A DNA stretch of 64,000 nucleotides from Alphaproteobacteria bacterium (GCA_965117055.1 OZ220750.1:4358011-4422010); one strand, 5' to 3'; numbered from the stretch's first letter, positions 13,603 through 25,005 are shown. Numbers and translations are program-made. The notes: a model not told the origin generated them from the sequence alone.

Positions 13603-14454
13603 TCAGCCCGCCCGGATGCCGCGCAGCCGCTCGCCGCGCCGGCGCAGCAGCTCCAGCGTCGTCAAGAGCAGGATCGAGACGCAGACGAGCAGCGTCGCCA
13701 CGGCGAGGATGGTCGGGCGGATCTCTTCCCTGATGCCCGAGAACATCTTCCACGGGATGGTGCGCTGCTCCACGGAGCCGACGAACAGCACCACCACGAC
13801 CTCGTCGAACGAGGTGATGAAGGCGAACAGCGCGCCTGCGACCACCCCCGGCAGGATCAGCGGCATGACGACCCTGAAGAAGGTCCGCACCGGGCTGGCG
13901 CCGAGGCTCGCCGCGGCGCGGGTCAGCGAACGGTCGAAACCGACCAGCGTCGCGGTGACGGTGATCAATACGAACGGCGTGCCGAGCGCCGCGTGCGCGA
14001 CGATGACCCCGAGATGGGTCGATGAAATCCCGATCCGCGTATAGAAGAAATACATCCCGGTGGCGGAGATGATCAGGGGCACGACCATCGGCGAGATCAG
14101 CAGCGCCATGACGCCGGTCTTGAAGGGAAACTCGGCGCGGCTCAGCCCGAGCGCCGCCAGCGTGCCGAGAAAGGTCGAGATCAGCGTCGCGAAAATCGCG
14201 ATGACCAGGCTGTTCCGGACCGCGTCCCGCCACGATTGCTCGGTGAAGAACTCGCGATACCACCTGGTGCTGTAACCGGCGGGATCGAGCGACAGCATTT
14301 CCGGGGTGAAGGTGAAATAGGGAAGCTCGTTGAAGCTCAACGGCACGATCACGAAGATCGGCCCGATCAGGAACACGAAGACCGCGGCGCAGATCGCGCG
14401 ATAGGCGTAGTGCCATGTCTTCTCGGCCGGGGATGCGTAGATCGGCGGGGGCAT
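13603..14454 (-). CDS. ABC transporter permease (PotC-like)
   Basis: 283 aa, about 6 TM helices, EAA-loop-like SLTRAAASLGASPVRTFFRVVMP. Confidence 0.85.
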   Translation of the reverse strand: MPPPIYASPAEKTWHYAYRAICAAVFVFLIGPIFVIVPLSFNELPYFTFTPEMLSLDPAGYSTRWYREFFTEQSWRDAVRNSLVIAIFATLISTFLGTLAALGLSRAEFPFKTGVMALLISPMVVPLIISATGMYFFYTRIGISSTHLGVIVAHAALGTPFVLITVTATLVGFDRSLTRAAASLGASPVRTFFRVVMPLILPGVVAGALFAFITSFDEVVVVLFVGSVEQRTIPWKMFSGIREEIRPTILAVATLLVCVSILLLTTLELLRRRGERLRGIRAG

Positions 14455-14462
14455 CGTCCGGC

Positions 14463-15725
14463 TCAGCCCAGCTTCAGATTGTCGATGCCCACGAGCCTGT
14501 CATAGAGCAGGTAGAGCGCAAGCACGAGAGCCAGCAGGAGGGCGCCGAGCGCGGCCGCGAGCCCCCAGTTCAGCGTCTCGCTGACATGGATGGCGATGAA
14601 ATTGGAGATGAAGGTCCCGGTGCGCCCGCCGACCAGCGCCGGGGTGATGTAGTAGCCGATGGAGAGGATGAACACCATGATGCAGCCGGCCCCCACGCCC
14701 GAGACCGTGTTCGGCATGTAGACCCTTACGAAGGCGGTGAACGGCGAGGCCCCGAGCGAGCGGGCGGCGCGCGTCAGGGACGCGGGAATCGTCTTCATCA
14801 CCGAATAGAGCGGCAGGATCATGAACGGCAGCAGGATGTGAACCATCGCCACGAAGGTGCCGGTCTTGTTGTGGATCATCTGGAGCCGCCCGTCCTCGGA
14901 AACCAGCCCGGTGAGGACCAGCAAATCGTTGAGCACGCCCTCGGTCTGCAACAGCGCGATCCACGACGTCGTCCGCACCAGAAGCGACGTCCAGAACGGC
15001 AACAGGACGAGAATCATCAATAGATTGCTGAGTCGCAGCGGCAGGGTCGCCAGGAGGTAGGCGACCGGATAGGCCAGCGCCAGGCAGAGCACGGTGATCA
15101 GCGCGCTCATCCAGAGCGTGCGCCAGAACAGCGTGAGGTAGATGCGGCGCGGCTCCGATTGCCTGACGATCTCGCCCCGGTCGTTCAGCTTCATGTCGAC
15201 GGAAGCGAGGAAATAGCCGCTCGTCAGGACGCCGGACTCGCGATGGATCAGCCGCCAGGTGTTCACGTCGCCCCAGCGCTTGTCGATCCTCAGGATCTGC
15301 TCCCGGTAGGGCGGATCGGCGATGCGCGCCGCCCGTCTTCCGGATTTCCTGAACAGGCTCGACATGCCGGGCTTCTCGTAGTTGAGCCGGCGCCCCACGC
15401 GGCCCAGCGTCTTCTCCTCGAAGGCGGTCCGCATGTCGAGAGCCAGGGCCTTGAAGACGTCCTCGCCCGGGACCTCCGCGCTTTGGGGATCCCAGTGCTC
15501 GATGGCAATGACGGTGCGCGGCAGGATCGACGGCACGATCCGGTTGTCGACGCTGCGGAACAGCATGTCGCCGATCGGCAGCAGGAAGGCGACCAGGATA
15601 AAGCCGAGCAGGGGCACCGCCAGCGATAGCGCGCGTATCCGGCCGCGTATCGATGCCCTCCGAAGGCTGACCTTCAGCGGTACCCCGTCGGCCGTCCGCA
15701 TGACCTCGTCTGTGGCCTTCGACAT
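14463..15725 (-). CDS. ABC transporter permease (PotB-like, extended N-terminus)
   Basis: 420 aa; EAA-loop-like LTRAARSLGASPFTAFVRVYMP; multiple TM helices. Confidence 0.85.
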   Translation of the reverse strand: MSKATDEVMRTADGVPLKVSLRRASIRGRIRALSLAVPLLGFILVAFLLPIGDMLFRSVDNRIVPSILPRTVIAIEHWDPQSAEVPGEDVFKALALDMRTAFEEKTLGRVGRRLNYEKPGMSSLFRKSGRRAARIADPPYREQILRIDKRWGDVNTWRLIHRESGVLTSGYFLASVDMKLNDRGEIVRQSEPRRIYLTLFWRTLWMSALITVLCLALAYPVAYLLATLPLRLSNLLMILVLLPFWTSLLVRTTSWIALLQTEGVLNDLLVLTGLVSEDGRLQMIHNKTGTFVAMVHILLPFMILPLYSVMKTIPASLTRAARSLGASPFTAFVRVYMPNTVSGVGAGCIMVFILSIGYYITPALVGGRTGTFISNFIAIHVSETLNWGLAAALGALLLALVLALYLLYDRLVGIDNLKLG

Positions 15726-15805
15726 CGGGGCGGCCCGGTCGTTGGGCTAAACCCGGACGCTGGCCGGGCGGGACGCTCTCTCCACCCCGCCCGGCCGCAA
15801 GCCCG

Positions 15806-16909
15806 CTACTTGGCGAGCCAGGCGTTGAACCGCTCGTCGAGCTCGGCCCGATGGTCCGCCCACCAGACGTAGTTGAATATCAGGGTGGTCTTCGCATTTT
15901 TCGGATTGGTCGGCATGTGCGGTTTCATGTCGATACCGAGCTTCGCGTGCTTGCCCACAAGCGCGATGGACGACTTTCGCGCCGGCCCGTAGGAAATGAA
16001 TTTCGCCTGGTCGGCCAGCCGCTGGGTGTCGGTGGCGAAGCGCAGGTATTTCTTGATTTCCGCGAGCTTCGTGGATCCTCTCGGCACGACCCACCCGTCC
16101 AGATCGAAGGCCTGCCAGTCCCACATCATGGCGATCGGCTGTTTCTTTTCGGCGATTGCCGAGAACAGGCGCCCGTTATAGGCCGACGCCATGACGACCT
16201 CGCCGTCCGCCAGAAGCTGCGGCGGCTGTGCGCCCTTGGTCCACCAGATAACGTGGTCCTTGATGGTGTCGAGCTTGGCGAACGCCCGCTTCACGCCTTC
16301 CGGCGTACTCAGCACCTTGTAGACATCCTTGCCGGGAACGCCGTCCGCGATCAGCGCCCACTCCAGATTCGTTTTCGCGACCTTTTGCAGTGCCCGCTTG
16401 CCGGGGAACGTCTTCAGGTCGAACACGTCGGCGATCGTCGAAGGCTGCTTCCCCTTGAAGGCGTCGGTGCGGTAGCCGAAGGTCGTCGAAAAAACGATCT
16501 GCGGAATGAAGCAGTTGGTTCCGCCGATCGTCAGGGAGCCCGCGATGAAGTCCTTCGTAGCCGGCGTGCCGTCGGGCGCGGCGGCAAGCCAGGTGTCCGG
16601 GTCGACGGCTTCGGCCAGCCCCTCGTCGCAGGCGACGATGGCATCCGCGGCCTCCATATCCACGATATCCCAGGTCACCTTGCCCGATTCGACCTGGGCC
16701 CTCAGCTTGGCGAGGCCCTCGGCGGCCGAATCGTCGTTAATGATCTTTACGCCCGGGTTCGCCGCCATATAAGGGTTGTGATACGCGTTCTGCTGGCTCG
16801 CCGTATAGGCGCCGCCCCACGACACGATGGTCAGATCGACCGCCTGGGCGCCGCCGGCGGACAGGGCGACGGCGGACACGACCGCCGCGGATTTCAGTAT
16901 TCGTTTCAT
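15806..16909 (-). CDS. ABC transporter periplasmic substrate-binding protein (polyamine-type family)
   Basis: 367 aa; signal peptide MKRILKSAAVVSAVALSAGGAQA; operon context. Confidence 0.85.
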   Translation of the reverse strand: MKRILKSAAVVSAVALSAGGAQAVDLTIVSWGGAYTASQQNAYHNPYMAANPGVKIINDDSAAEGLAKLRAQVESGKVTWDIVDMEAADAIVACDEGLAEAVDPDTWLAAAPDGTPATKDFIAGSLTIGGTNCFIPQIVFSTTFGYRTDAFKGKQPSTIADVFDLKTFPGKRALQKVAKTNLEWALIADGVPGKDVYKVLSTPEGVKRAFAKLDTIKDHVIWWTKGAQPPQLLADGEVVMASAYNGRLFSAIAEKKQPIAMMWDWQAFDLDGWVVPRGSTKLAEIKKYLRFATDTQRLADQAKFISYGPARKSSIALVGKHAKLGIDMKPHMPTNPKNAKTTLIFNYVWWADHRAELDERFNAWLAK

Positions 16910-16972
16910 CGGGACTCTCCCATTTCCGTGACAAAATGAGCCGGACCGTCCGGTCCGTACGCAATCGCCGCT

Positions 16973-18088
<1,116 letters not shown>

Positions 18089-18242
18089 TCAGTCTCTCGC
18101 CCGGGGCGGGCGAACCGACCGGCTCAAGCGAGCCCTGACCGGCATCCCGACCGCGTGAGCTCAAGCGGATTGCGCCGCCGGCGGCACGATAGCAGACACG
18201 GCCGCGCGGGCGAAGGCCGGAGCGCCGGAAAGGCGGGACGGG

Positions 18243-19445
18243 TCAACTTCGCACGATGTTGTGGTCCGGCCCGTAGGGAAACCCGGTGATGTCCTCGGCG
18301 CCGTCCTCCGTCACCACCAGGATGTCGTGCTCGCGGTAGCCGCCGGCGCCGGGCCGGCCCTCGGGAATCATGATCATCGGTTCCATCGACACCACCATGT
18401 TGGGTTCCAGCACGGTGGTCACGTCCTCGCGGAGCTCGAGCCCCGCCTCGCGGCCGTAGTAATGGCTCAGCACGCCGAAGGAGTGGCCGTAGCCGAAGGT
18501 GCGGTTCTCCAGCAGGCCATAACGCTCGTAGATCGTGTTGAGCTCGGCCGCGATGTCGCAGCACCGCGCCCCGGGCCGGATCAGCTCGATCCCCGCCTCG
18601 TGCACCTCGACATTGATCTCCCACAGCCGCAGGTGCTCGTCCGGGCACTCCTCGGCGAACAGCGTGCGTTCGAGCGCCGTGTAGTAGCCCGCCGGCATGG
18701 GAAAGCAGTTGAGGCTCAGGATGTCGCCGCGCTCGATCCGGCGCGAGGTGACCGGGTTGTGGGCGCCGTCGGTGTTGATGCCGGACTGGAACCAGGTCCA
18801 GGTATCCATCAGCTCGACATGGGGCTGGCCGCGGCCGATCTCGCGCACCATCGCCTGGGTGCCGTGCAGCGCCACCTCGTATTCCGGCACCCCGACCCCG
18901 ATCGCCTCCACGCAGGCCGCGCCGCCGATATCGGCGATGCGCGCGCTCTCGCGGATCCAGGCGATCTCCTCGTCGGACTTGACCATGCGCATGCGCATGG
19001 CGGGCTTGCCGACGTCGACGAGCTCCGCGGTGGGGAGCGCGCCCTGAAGCTTGCGCAGGTTCTCCAGCGTGATGTGGTCGAACTCGATGCCGAGCCGGCA
19101 ACCGTCCGCGATCAGCCGCTTCACGGCGGCGAAGTAGTTGTCCCGGTGCCAGTCGGTATAGACGAGGTTGTCGCCGAAGCTGCGCCGCCACGGCTGGCCC
19201 GCGTCGATATTGGCCGAAATCGTGGTCTGGTCCCGGTGCGTGACCGCCAGCCCGTAGCTGCGCCCGAAGGAGCAATAGAGGAAGTCGCTGAAATAGGCGA
19301 TGTTGTGATGGGAGGTGAAGAGGCACACATCGATCCGCCGCTCCGCCATGTGGGCGCGCAGGGCGGCGAGCCGGCGGTTCATCTCGGCGGAGGAAAAGGT
19401 CGGCTTGACCTTCTCTCCGTTCCTGATGGTCTTGAGCTGTTCCAT
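18243..19445 (-). CDS. Creatinase (creatine amidinohydrolase), M24 fold
   Basis: Start MEQLKTIRNGEK at 19445; near-colinear with remembered Pseudomonas creatinase blocks (FLYCSFGR, ISANIDGGQPWRR, WTWFQSGINTDGAHNPVT, FGYGHSFG, PGAGGYREHDI). Confidence 0.85.
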   Translation of the reverse strand: MEQLKTIRNGEKVKPTFSSAEMNRRLAALRAHMAERRIDVCLFTSHHNIAYFSDFLYCSFGRSYGLAVTHRDQTTISANIDAGQPWRRSFGDNLVYTDWHRDNYFAAVKRLIADGCRLGIEFDHITLENLRKLQGALPTAELVDVGKPAMRMRMVKSDEEIAWIRESARIADIGGAACVEAIGVGVPEYEVALHGTQAMVREIGRGQPHVELMDTWTWFQSGINTDGAHNPVTSRRIERGDILSLNCFPMPAGYYTALERTLFAEECPDEHLRLWEINVEVHEAGIELIRPGARCCDIAAELNTIYERYGLLENRTFGYGHSFGVLSHYYGREAGLELREDVTTVLEPNMVVSMEPMIMIPEGRPGAGGYREHDILVVTEDGAEDITGFPYGPDHNIVRS

Positions 19446-19600
19446 CGTCGTCACCCTGGCTGTCGGAGGCATCGCCGGCCGCCGAGAATATGCGGAACGG
19501 CCCGCCCGGGCGAATGTCCCGCCGGCCGGTTGCGGCGTAACGCGCCGCGGCCTGGAGCCTGTCCGATTCAGGCAGAAGCGTCTTTGCCCCTGCCTCCTCA

Positions 19601-19695
19601 TCGTCATGGTCGGCGCAGGCCGACCATCCACGAGTTTTTAAGGCGCTGGAAACAAAAACAAAACGTGGATGGTCGGCCTGCGCCGACCATGACGG
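19601..19695. repeat. REPIN doublet, family 2
   Basis: CGTCATGGTCGGCGCAGGCCGACCATCCACG and its exact reverse complement, separated by an A/T-rich spacer of about 27 nt. Confidence 0.9.
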
Positions 19696-19815
19696 AAGAA
19701 AACGGATGAAGCGGTTCCAGCTAAGACAGACGTGCTCTAGGCACGATGCGCGCGGTTCTATAAGTGTTCGGGACATGCAACCGATCGCGGCGACACCCGA
19801 CCTGCCGAGACCCGG

Positions 19816-20673
19816 ATGAAGCCGGCCCCGTTCACCTATCACCTGCCGGGGACGGTCGACGAAGCGGCGGCGCTCCTTTCCGCCCATGCCGGCGAGGACG
19901 CGCGGATTCTCGCGGGCGGCCAGAGCCTGGTGCCGACGATGGCGTTCCGGCTCGCGCGTCCGGCCCACCTGATCGACATAAACGGCATTTCCGGCCTCGA
20001 AGGCATCGCCGTAAATGCCGACTCGATGTCGATCGGCGCGCTCGCCCGGCATTGCGATTTCCACCGGCCGGTGGAGGACGGGCCGCTCGGCGCGCTGCTC
20101 TCAGGCGTAGTCCGCCATATCGGCCATTACCCGATCCGCATGCGGGGAACCTTCTGCGGCAGCCTCGCCCACGCCGACCCCGCGTCGGAATGGTGCCTGG
20201 TCGCGGCGACGCTGGACGCAAGGCTGACGGTGCGGAGCGTGCGCGGCGAGCGCGGGATCGAGGCGGCGCAATTCTTCGAATGGGCGATGACGACCGCCCT
20301 CGGCGACGACGAATTGCTGGTCCGGGCGGAACTGCCCCGCCTCGCGCCGGACACGCGCTGGGGCTTCCGGGAATTCGCCCGCCGCGCCGGCGATTTCGCG
20401 CTGGCGATGGCGCTCGCCGTCTACCGGGTCGAGGGCGGCGTCATCGTCGAGCCGAGGGTGGGGCTCGGCGGGGTGGAGGCCTGCCCCCGCCGCATTCCGG
20501 AGGGCGAGGCGGTTCTCGCGGGGAAGGCGCCGGGCCCGGACCTGTTCCGCGAGGCCGGCGCGGCGGTCTCCGAAGCGGTGGACGCGATGGCGGATTCCCA
20601 CGCGAGCGCGGAATACCGGAGCGAGATCGCCGCCGTCATGGTCGAGCGCGCATTGACGGACGCCGCCCGATGA
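19816..20673 (+). CDS. Molybdenum hydroxylase FAD-binding (medium) subunit, CoxM-like
   Basis: 285 aa; ILAGGQSLVPTMAFRLARP FAD-binding signature; ATGA coupling to next gene. Confidence 0.85.
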   Translation: MKPAPFTYHLPGTVDEAAALLSAHAGEDARILAGGQSLVPTMAFRLARPAHLIDINGISGLEGIAVNADSMSIGALARHCDFHRPVEDGPLGALLSGVVRHIGHYPIRMRGTFCGSLAHADPASEWCLVAATLDARLTVRSVRGERGIEAAQFFEWAMTTALGDDELLVRAELPRLAPDTRWGFREFARRAGDFALAMALAVYRVEGGVIVEPRVGLGGVEACPRRIPEGEAVLAGKAPGPDLFREAGAAVSEAVDAMADSHASAEYRSEIAAVMVERALTDAAR

Positions 20674-21155
20674 CCGCGCCGCGCGAGGTCTCCTTCACGG
20701 TCAACGGCGAGGCGTACACCGTCCGCGTCGAGCCGCGCAAGACGCTGGCCGATACGATCCGCGAGGATTGCGGGCTGACCGGCACCCATCTCGGCTGCGA
20801 GCACGGGGTGTGCGGCGCCTGCACGATCCTGCTCGACGGCGCGCCGGTGAGGAGCTGCCTGATGTTCGCGGCCCAGGCCGAGGGCGCCGAGATTCGGACG
20901 GTGGAAGGACTCGCCGACGGCGACGAACTGCACCCGCTGCAACGGGCGTTCATCGACAATCACGCGCTGCAATGCGGGTTCTGCACCCCGGGCTTCCTGA
21001 TGCTGGCCTTGGGCGTGCTGGAACGCGAACCCGATATCGACGAGGACGGGCTGCGCGAGGCGCTGGCGTCGAACCTCTGCCGCTGCACCGGCTATCTCAA
21101 CATTCTCGACGCGGTGAAGGACGCCGCGGCCGCGATGAAGGCCGGGCCGGGATGA
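20670..21155 (+). CDS. Molybdenum hydroxylase [2Fe-2S] (small) subunit, CoxS-like
   Basis: 161 aa; CEHGVCGACT and CGFCTPG...CRCTGY cysteine clusters. Confidence 0.9.
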   Translation: MTAPREVSFTVNGEAYTVRVEPRKTLADTIREDCGLTGTHLGCEHGVCGACTILLDGAPVRSCLMFAAQAEGAEIRTVEGLADGDELHPLQRAFIDNHALQCGFCTPGFLMLALGVLEREPDIDEDGLREALASNLCRCTGYLNILDAVKDAAAAMKAGPG

Positions 21156-23467
21156 CGTCGCGTCGCGCGGCGTGGATCGGCGAGCGGGTGGAGCGTCTCG
21201 AAGACCCGCCGCTGGTCGGGGGCGCGGGCCGGTTCGTCGCCGACATCTCGTTCCCCCGCCAGCTCCACATGCGGGTCGTTCGCTCCGACCGGGCTCATGC
21301 GGAGCTCCTTTCCGTCGACGCGACGGAGGCCCGGGCGGCGCCGGGCGTCGCCGCCGTCTGGACCGCGGTAGACGTCGCCGATATCGGCCCGATCGCGTTC
21401 CGGGCGACCCGGGTCAAGGGGCTGGAACCGTACCGGCAACACATCCTGGCGCGCGGAAAGGTCCGCTATGTCGGCGAGCCGGTCGCCGCGGTGTTCGCCG
21501 ACAGCCCGTACCGCGCGGAGGACGCCGCCGAGCTGGTCTCCGCGTCGTACCGCGACCTGCCGCCGATCCTGTCGGCGGAAGACGAACCGGGCCCGTTCGA
21601 TACGGAGCGCTCGACCGAGGCGCATGTGCTGGAGAAATCGCGGGGCGACATCGCCGCCGCGTTCGAGAACGCGCATGCGACGGTCGAGATCGAGGTTTCG
21701 GTCGGACGCCATTCCGCCGTGCCGATGGAAACCAGGGGCGCGGTCGCGGTCCACGACGCCGGGCGCGACATCCTCGAACTTTACGGCGCCACCAAGCGGC
21801 CGCATTTCAACCGCGACCAGATGGCCGCGGCGCTGGGCCGCCCGCCCTCCTCCGTCCAGTTCTACGAAGGCCATATCGGCGGCGGGTTCGGCGTGCGCGG
21901 CGAGCTCTACCCGGAGGAATACCTGGTCTGCGCGGCGGCGCTCCGCCTCGGCCGCCCGGTCAAGTGGATCGAGGACCGCTGGGAGCATCTGCAGGCGGCC
22001 AACCATTCGCGCGAGCAGACCCACCGCATCCGCGCGGCGGTGGATGCCGACGGCACGGTGCGCGGCATCGACGGCGCGTTCCTGCACGACCAGGGCGCCT
22101 ATATCCGCACCCACGGGGTCCGCGTGCCCGACATGACCGCCGGCATGATGCCGGGCCCCTACCGGATTCCGGCCTACCGGTCGCGCGGACATGTGCGGCT
22201 GACCAACAAGACGCCCGCCGCGACCTACCGCTCGCCCGGCCGCTACGAGGCGACATTCGCCCGCGAACGCCTGCTCGATGCCGTCGCCGCGCGCCTGAAT
22301 GCCGACCCGGTCGACATCAGGCGGCGCAACCTGATCGCGGCGGCGCAAATGCCGTTCGCGGGCGGCATCGACACCATCGACCACGAGGTGGTCTACGATT
22401 CGGGCGACTACGCGAGACTGCTCGACAAGGCGCTGGCGCGCGCCGGCTGGGACGAAATGCAGTCCGAAATGTCGACTCGCCGCGCGAACGGCGAGATGGC
22501 GGGTGCCGGGCTCGCGCTGTTCGTCGAGAAGAGCGGCCCCGGCCCCGCCGACGGGGTGCGCATCCGGGTCGACACGACGGGCGCGGTCGAGCTCCTCACC
22601 GGCGGCGCCTCGCTGGGCCAGGGCTTCGAGACCGTCATGGCGCAGATCTGCGCCGAAACGCTGGGGGTGGACTACCGCCGGGTGCGCGTGGTCCACGGCC
22701 GCACCGATCTCATCGATTACGGCTTCGGCGCGCATTCCTCGCGGGCGACCGTGATGACCGGCGAGGCGGTCCGGATCGCCAGCGGGAACCTGCGCGCCAG
22801 GGCCATCGAGGCGGCGGCGGAACTGCTCCAGGCGCCCGCCGACGCGCTCGATGTCGTCGACGGGCGGGCGGTGCGGACCGACCGCGAGGGCGGCGCCGAT
22901 ATCGGCCTCGGCGAGATCGCGCGCAGGCTGGCGCCGGGCTCGCCGTTGCTCGCCGGGCGCGATCCCGGCCTCTCGGCGGAAGGCTGGCACCGCACCGATT
23001 TGATGGCCTACCCCTACGGCGTCCACATCGCCGAGGTCCGCGTCGATGCAGGCACCGGCGCGGTCGATGTCGAGCGATTCTTCATCGCCTACGATGTCGG
23101 CCGCGCGGTGAACCCGATGCTGGTCGACGGCCAGCTGATGGGCGGCTGCGTGCAGGGACTTGGCGGGGCGCTGCTCGAGGAGTTCCGCTACGACGAGACC
23201 GGCGCGCCGCTCTCGGTCACCTTCGCCGACTACCTGATGCCGACGCTGGCCGAGACCCCGCCCATCGACCTGCTGCTCACCGAGGACGCGCCGAGCCCCT
23301 ATAACGGCCTCGGCGTCAAGGGCGCCGGCGAAGGCGGCATCAACGCGGTCGGCGGCGCCATCGCATCCGCCATCGACGCCGCGATAGGCATCCCCGGCGC
23401 CATCGACCGCCTGCCGGTGACGCCGGAGCGGCTGAGGGCGGTGCTGAAGGAGGCGGGGAGGGTGTAG
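21152..23467 (+). CDS. Molybdopterin-binding large subunit, xanthine dehydrogenase/aldehyde oxidase family
   Basis: 771 aa; start MTSRRAAWIGERVERLEDPPLV overlaps the upstream stop (ATGA); active-site region ATYRSPGR, not the CODH AYRCSFR motif. Confidence 0.9.
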   Translation: MTSRRAAWIGERVERLEDPPLVGGAGRFVADISFPRQLHMRVVRSDRAHAELLSVDATEARAAPGVAAVWTAVDVADIGPIAFRATRVKGLEPYRQHILARGKVRYVGEPVAAVFADSPYRAEDAAELVSASYRDLPPILSAEDEPGPFDTERSTEAHVLEKSRGDIAAAFENAHATVEIEVSVGRHSAVPMETRGAVAVHDAGRDILELYGATKRPHFNRDQMAAALGRPPSSVQFYEGHIGGGFGVRGELYPEEYLVCAAALRLGRPVKWIEDRWEHLQAANHSREQTHRIRAAVDADGTVRGIDGAFLHDQGAYIRTHGVRVPDMTAGMMPGPYRIPAYRSRGHVRLTNKTPAATYRSPGRYEATFARERLLDAVAARLNADPVDIRRRNLIAAAQMPFAGGIDTIDHEVVYDSGDYARLLDKALARAGWDEMQSEMSTRRANGEMAGAGLALFVEKSGPGPADGVRIRVDTTGAVELLTGGASLGQGFETVMAQICAETLGVDYRRVRVVHGRTDLIDYGFGAHSSRATVMTGEAVRIASGNLRARAIEAAAELLQAPADALDVVDGRAVRTDREGGADIGLGEIARRLAPGSPLLAGRDPGLSAEGWHRTDLMAYPYGVHIAEVRVDAGTGAVDVERFFIAYDVGRAVNPMLVDGQLMGGCVQGLGGALLEEFRYDETGAPLSVTFADYLMPTLAETPPIDLLLTEDAPSPYNGLGVKGAGEGGINAVGGAIASAIDAAIGIPGAIDRLPVTPERLRAVLKEAGRV

Positions 23468-23510
23468 AGGCGGGGTTGACGCCCCGCCACGCGCAACGAA
23501 CCGGCGGCGT

Positions 23511-23978
23511 TCAATCCCGCGCCAGCGCCGACTGAATGCGGAAGAACTCCTGTATTTCGCTGGAGACGTCGATCCGTTCGGAAAGCAGCGTCCCATGGGC
23601 GATCTGGTTGCGGACGCTATAGAGCTGCATGGTCCGCTTCCACTCGCCGCTGCCCTTCTCGAGAACCAGCGTCAGACGGTTTTCGAAGCTCAGGCCCGAG
23701 AGTCGGCGGTCGTCGGGATCGTACAGCGACCAGGCGCGACGATACCGCCAGTCCCCGTGCGACTGCGCGTGCCGGATAGTTTCCCGGCAGGCATCGTCTA
23801 TGTCGGTCTCCAACTGGCCCCAGGCGAGAACGAACCACGCTTGATCGTTGAGTTCCTGCTGGCGTGCGATGCCCTCGCGCTCGTCGACCTCCCCGGCCGC
23901 ATCGTGCTGCTCGCGCAAGTCCGCGAGAAAGCCGTCGATCCGTTCGTACGATCCCGCGATCGCCGCAAGGTCGCTCAC
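23511..23978 (-). CDS. Hypothetical protein with C-terminal HEPN-like Rx4H motif
   Basis: 155 aa from a GTG that overlaps the upstream stop (GTGA); YSVRNQIAHG matches the RNxxxH HEPN signature; otherwise unassigned. Confidence 0.5.
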   Translation of the reverse strand: MSDLAAIAGSYERIDGFLADLREQHDAAGEVDEREGIARQQELNDQAWFVLAWGQLETDIDDACRETIRHAQSHGDWRYRRAWSLYDPDDRRLSGLSFENRLTLVLEKGSGEWKRTMQLYSVRNQIAHGTLLSERIDVSSEIQEFFRIQSALARD

Positions 23979-24496
23979 CGCAGAAACCGTCTCAGCCAAT
24001 CCCGCGTGACGGACTCGCGGTCGCACCGGTGTTCGGCGGGAGCCGCCTGCCAATCCGGCTCCTCGAAGTTTTCGGCCACATCGACAATGAAGTAGCGTCG
24101 ACCCTGGTGCTTCATATCGACACGACCATTGTTGCCGATGATCCATAGCGCATGCGGTGCGAGCCTGACCACGTTGCCGTCCCGGCGGCGGAGTTCGAGC
24201 GTCGGCATCTGTTTCGCCGCGACCCCGAACTTCCGCATCAACTTTTCATGCATTAGAACGGGTGCGCCCGCATGGGCCTCCCATCCGTCCGGCAGCCACT
24301 CGCCAATCGCGGCGTAGAGCCCGTTCAGGCGCTCTTCCCAGTCATCGACGCGCCGCCTTATGTGCGCCGCATCGACCGTTTCGCTCGTAACCTCGTCGAG
24401 AACCGTGCTCATCGGACCTTTCCATACAGCCGCCTGTTCGGTGCTGCCGACCGTTGACCGCGCCGCGACGGCCTCTCTGTACCTTATAGGAAGCAT
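23975..24496 (-). CDS. Hypothetical protein, translationally coupled partner of the HEPN-motif protein
   Basis: ATG at 24496 preceded by GAAGGAG-N6; alternative start 24412 (MSTVLDEV); no recognisable domain. Confidence 0.5.
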   Translation of the reverse strand: MLPIRYREAVAARSTVGSTEQAAVWKGPMSTVLDEVTSETVDAAHIRRRVDDWEERLNGLYAAIGEWLPDGWEAHAGAPVLMHEKLMRKFGVAAKQMPTLELRRRDGNVVRLAPHALWIIGNNGRVDMKHQGRRYFIVDVAENFEEPDWQAAPAEHRCDRESVTRDWLRRFLR

Positions 24497-24584
24497 CGCG
24501 CGCTCCTTCAATGTCGAGGGCCGGAGCGGTTGGGGGGGCGGGGAGGGTGTAGGGCACGAGGCACCGAGTAGATCTGTTCTCCCC

Positions 24585-24683
24585 GTCGTCATGGTCGGCG
24601 CAGGCCGACCATCCACGAGTTTTTCTTTGTCGGCGGAACAAAAAAACAAAACGTGGATGGTCGGCCTGCGCCGACCATGACGG
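24585..24683. repeat. REPIN doublet, family 2
   Basis: Same inverted 31-mer arms as 19601-19695 with an A-rich spacer. Confidence 0.9.
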
Positions 24684-24750
24684 GGGAGCCCGGGAAACGG
24701 TTCCAAGTACAACGGCTAGGCTCTAGGTTATCGGGAATCGGAGGCCCGAA

Positions 24751-25005
24751 ATGTCGAGCAGTCAGAACGAAGCGGCCGAACGGCACCGCAGGCGCGTGAG
24801 GCGCGAAGGATGGATTCGCCGCGCCGTGAGATTGTGGCGGGTCGGTTCCATCCTCGACGGTCTCGCATGGCGCGGGGCGGCACGCGCCTGGCTGCGTGAG
24901 CGCTTCGGGCGGTCCCCGGACTTTAAGCGCCTGCTGGCCACTGCCCCGCTGGAGGGCATCGACATCGAACGGTCGCGCGACCCCGGCCGTAAGGTGGACC
25001 TCTGA
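24751..25005 (+). CDS. Type II antitoxin (VapB/FitA-like C-terminus)
   Basis: 84 aa; GGAGG SD; C-terminal ...LATAPLEGIDIERSRDPGRKVDL typical of PIN-partner antitoxins; followed by a vapC start. Confidence 0.55.
   Translation: MSSSQNEAAERHRRRVRREGWIRRAVRLWRVGSILDGLAWRGAARAWLRERFGRSPDFKRLLATAPLEGIDIERSRDPGRKVDL

Noticed and set aside
19816-23467. Aerobic carbon-monoxide dehydrogenase (coxMSL)
   Set aside because: The gene order and subunit types fit. However, the large subunit lacks the AYRCSFR active-site loop (it reads ATYRSPGR), and no coxDEF-type accessory genes are adjacent. It is called only as a generic Mo-hydroxylase.
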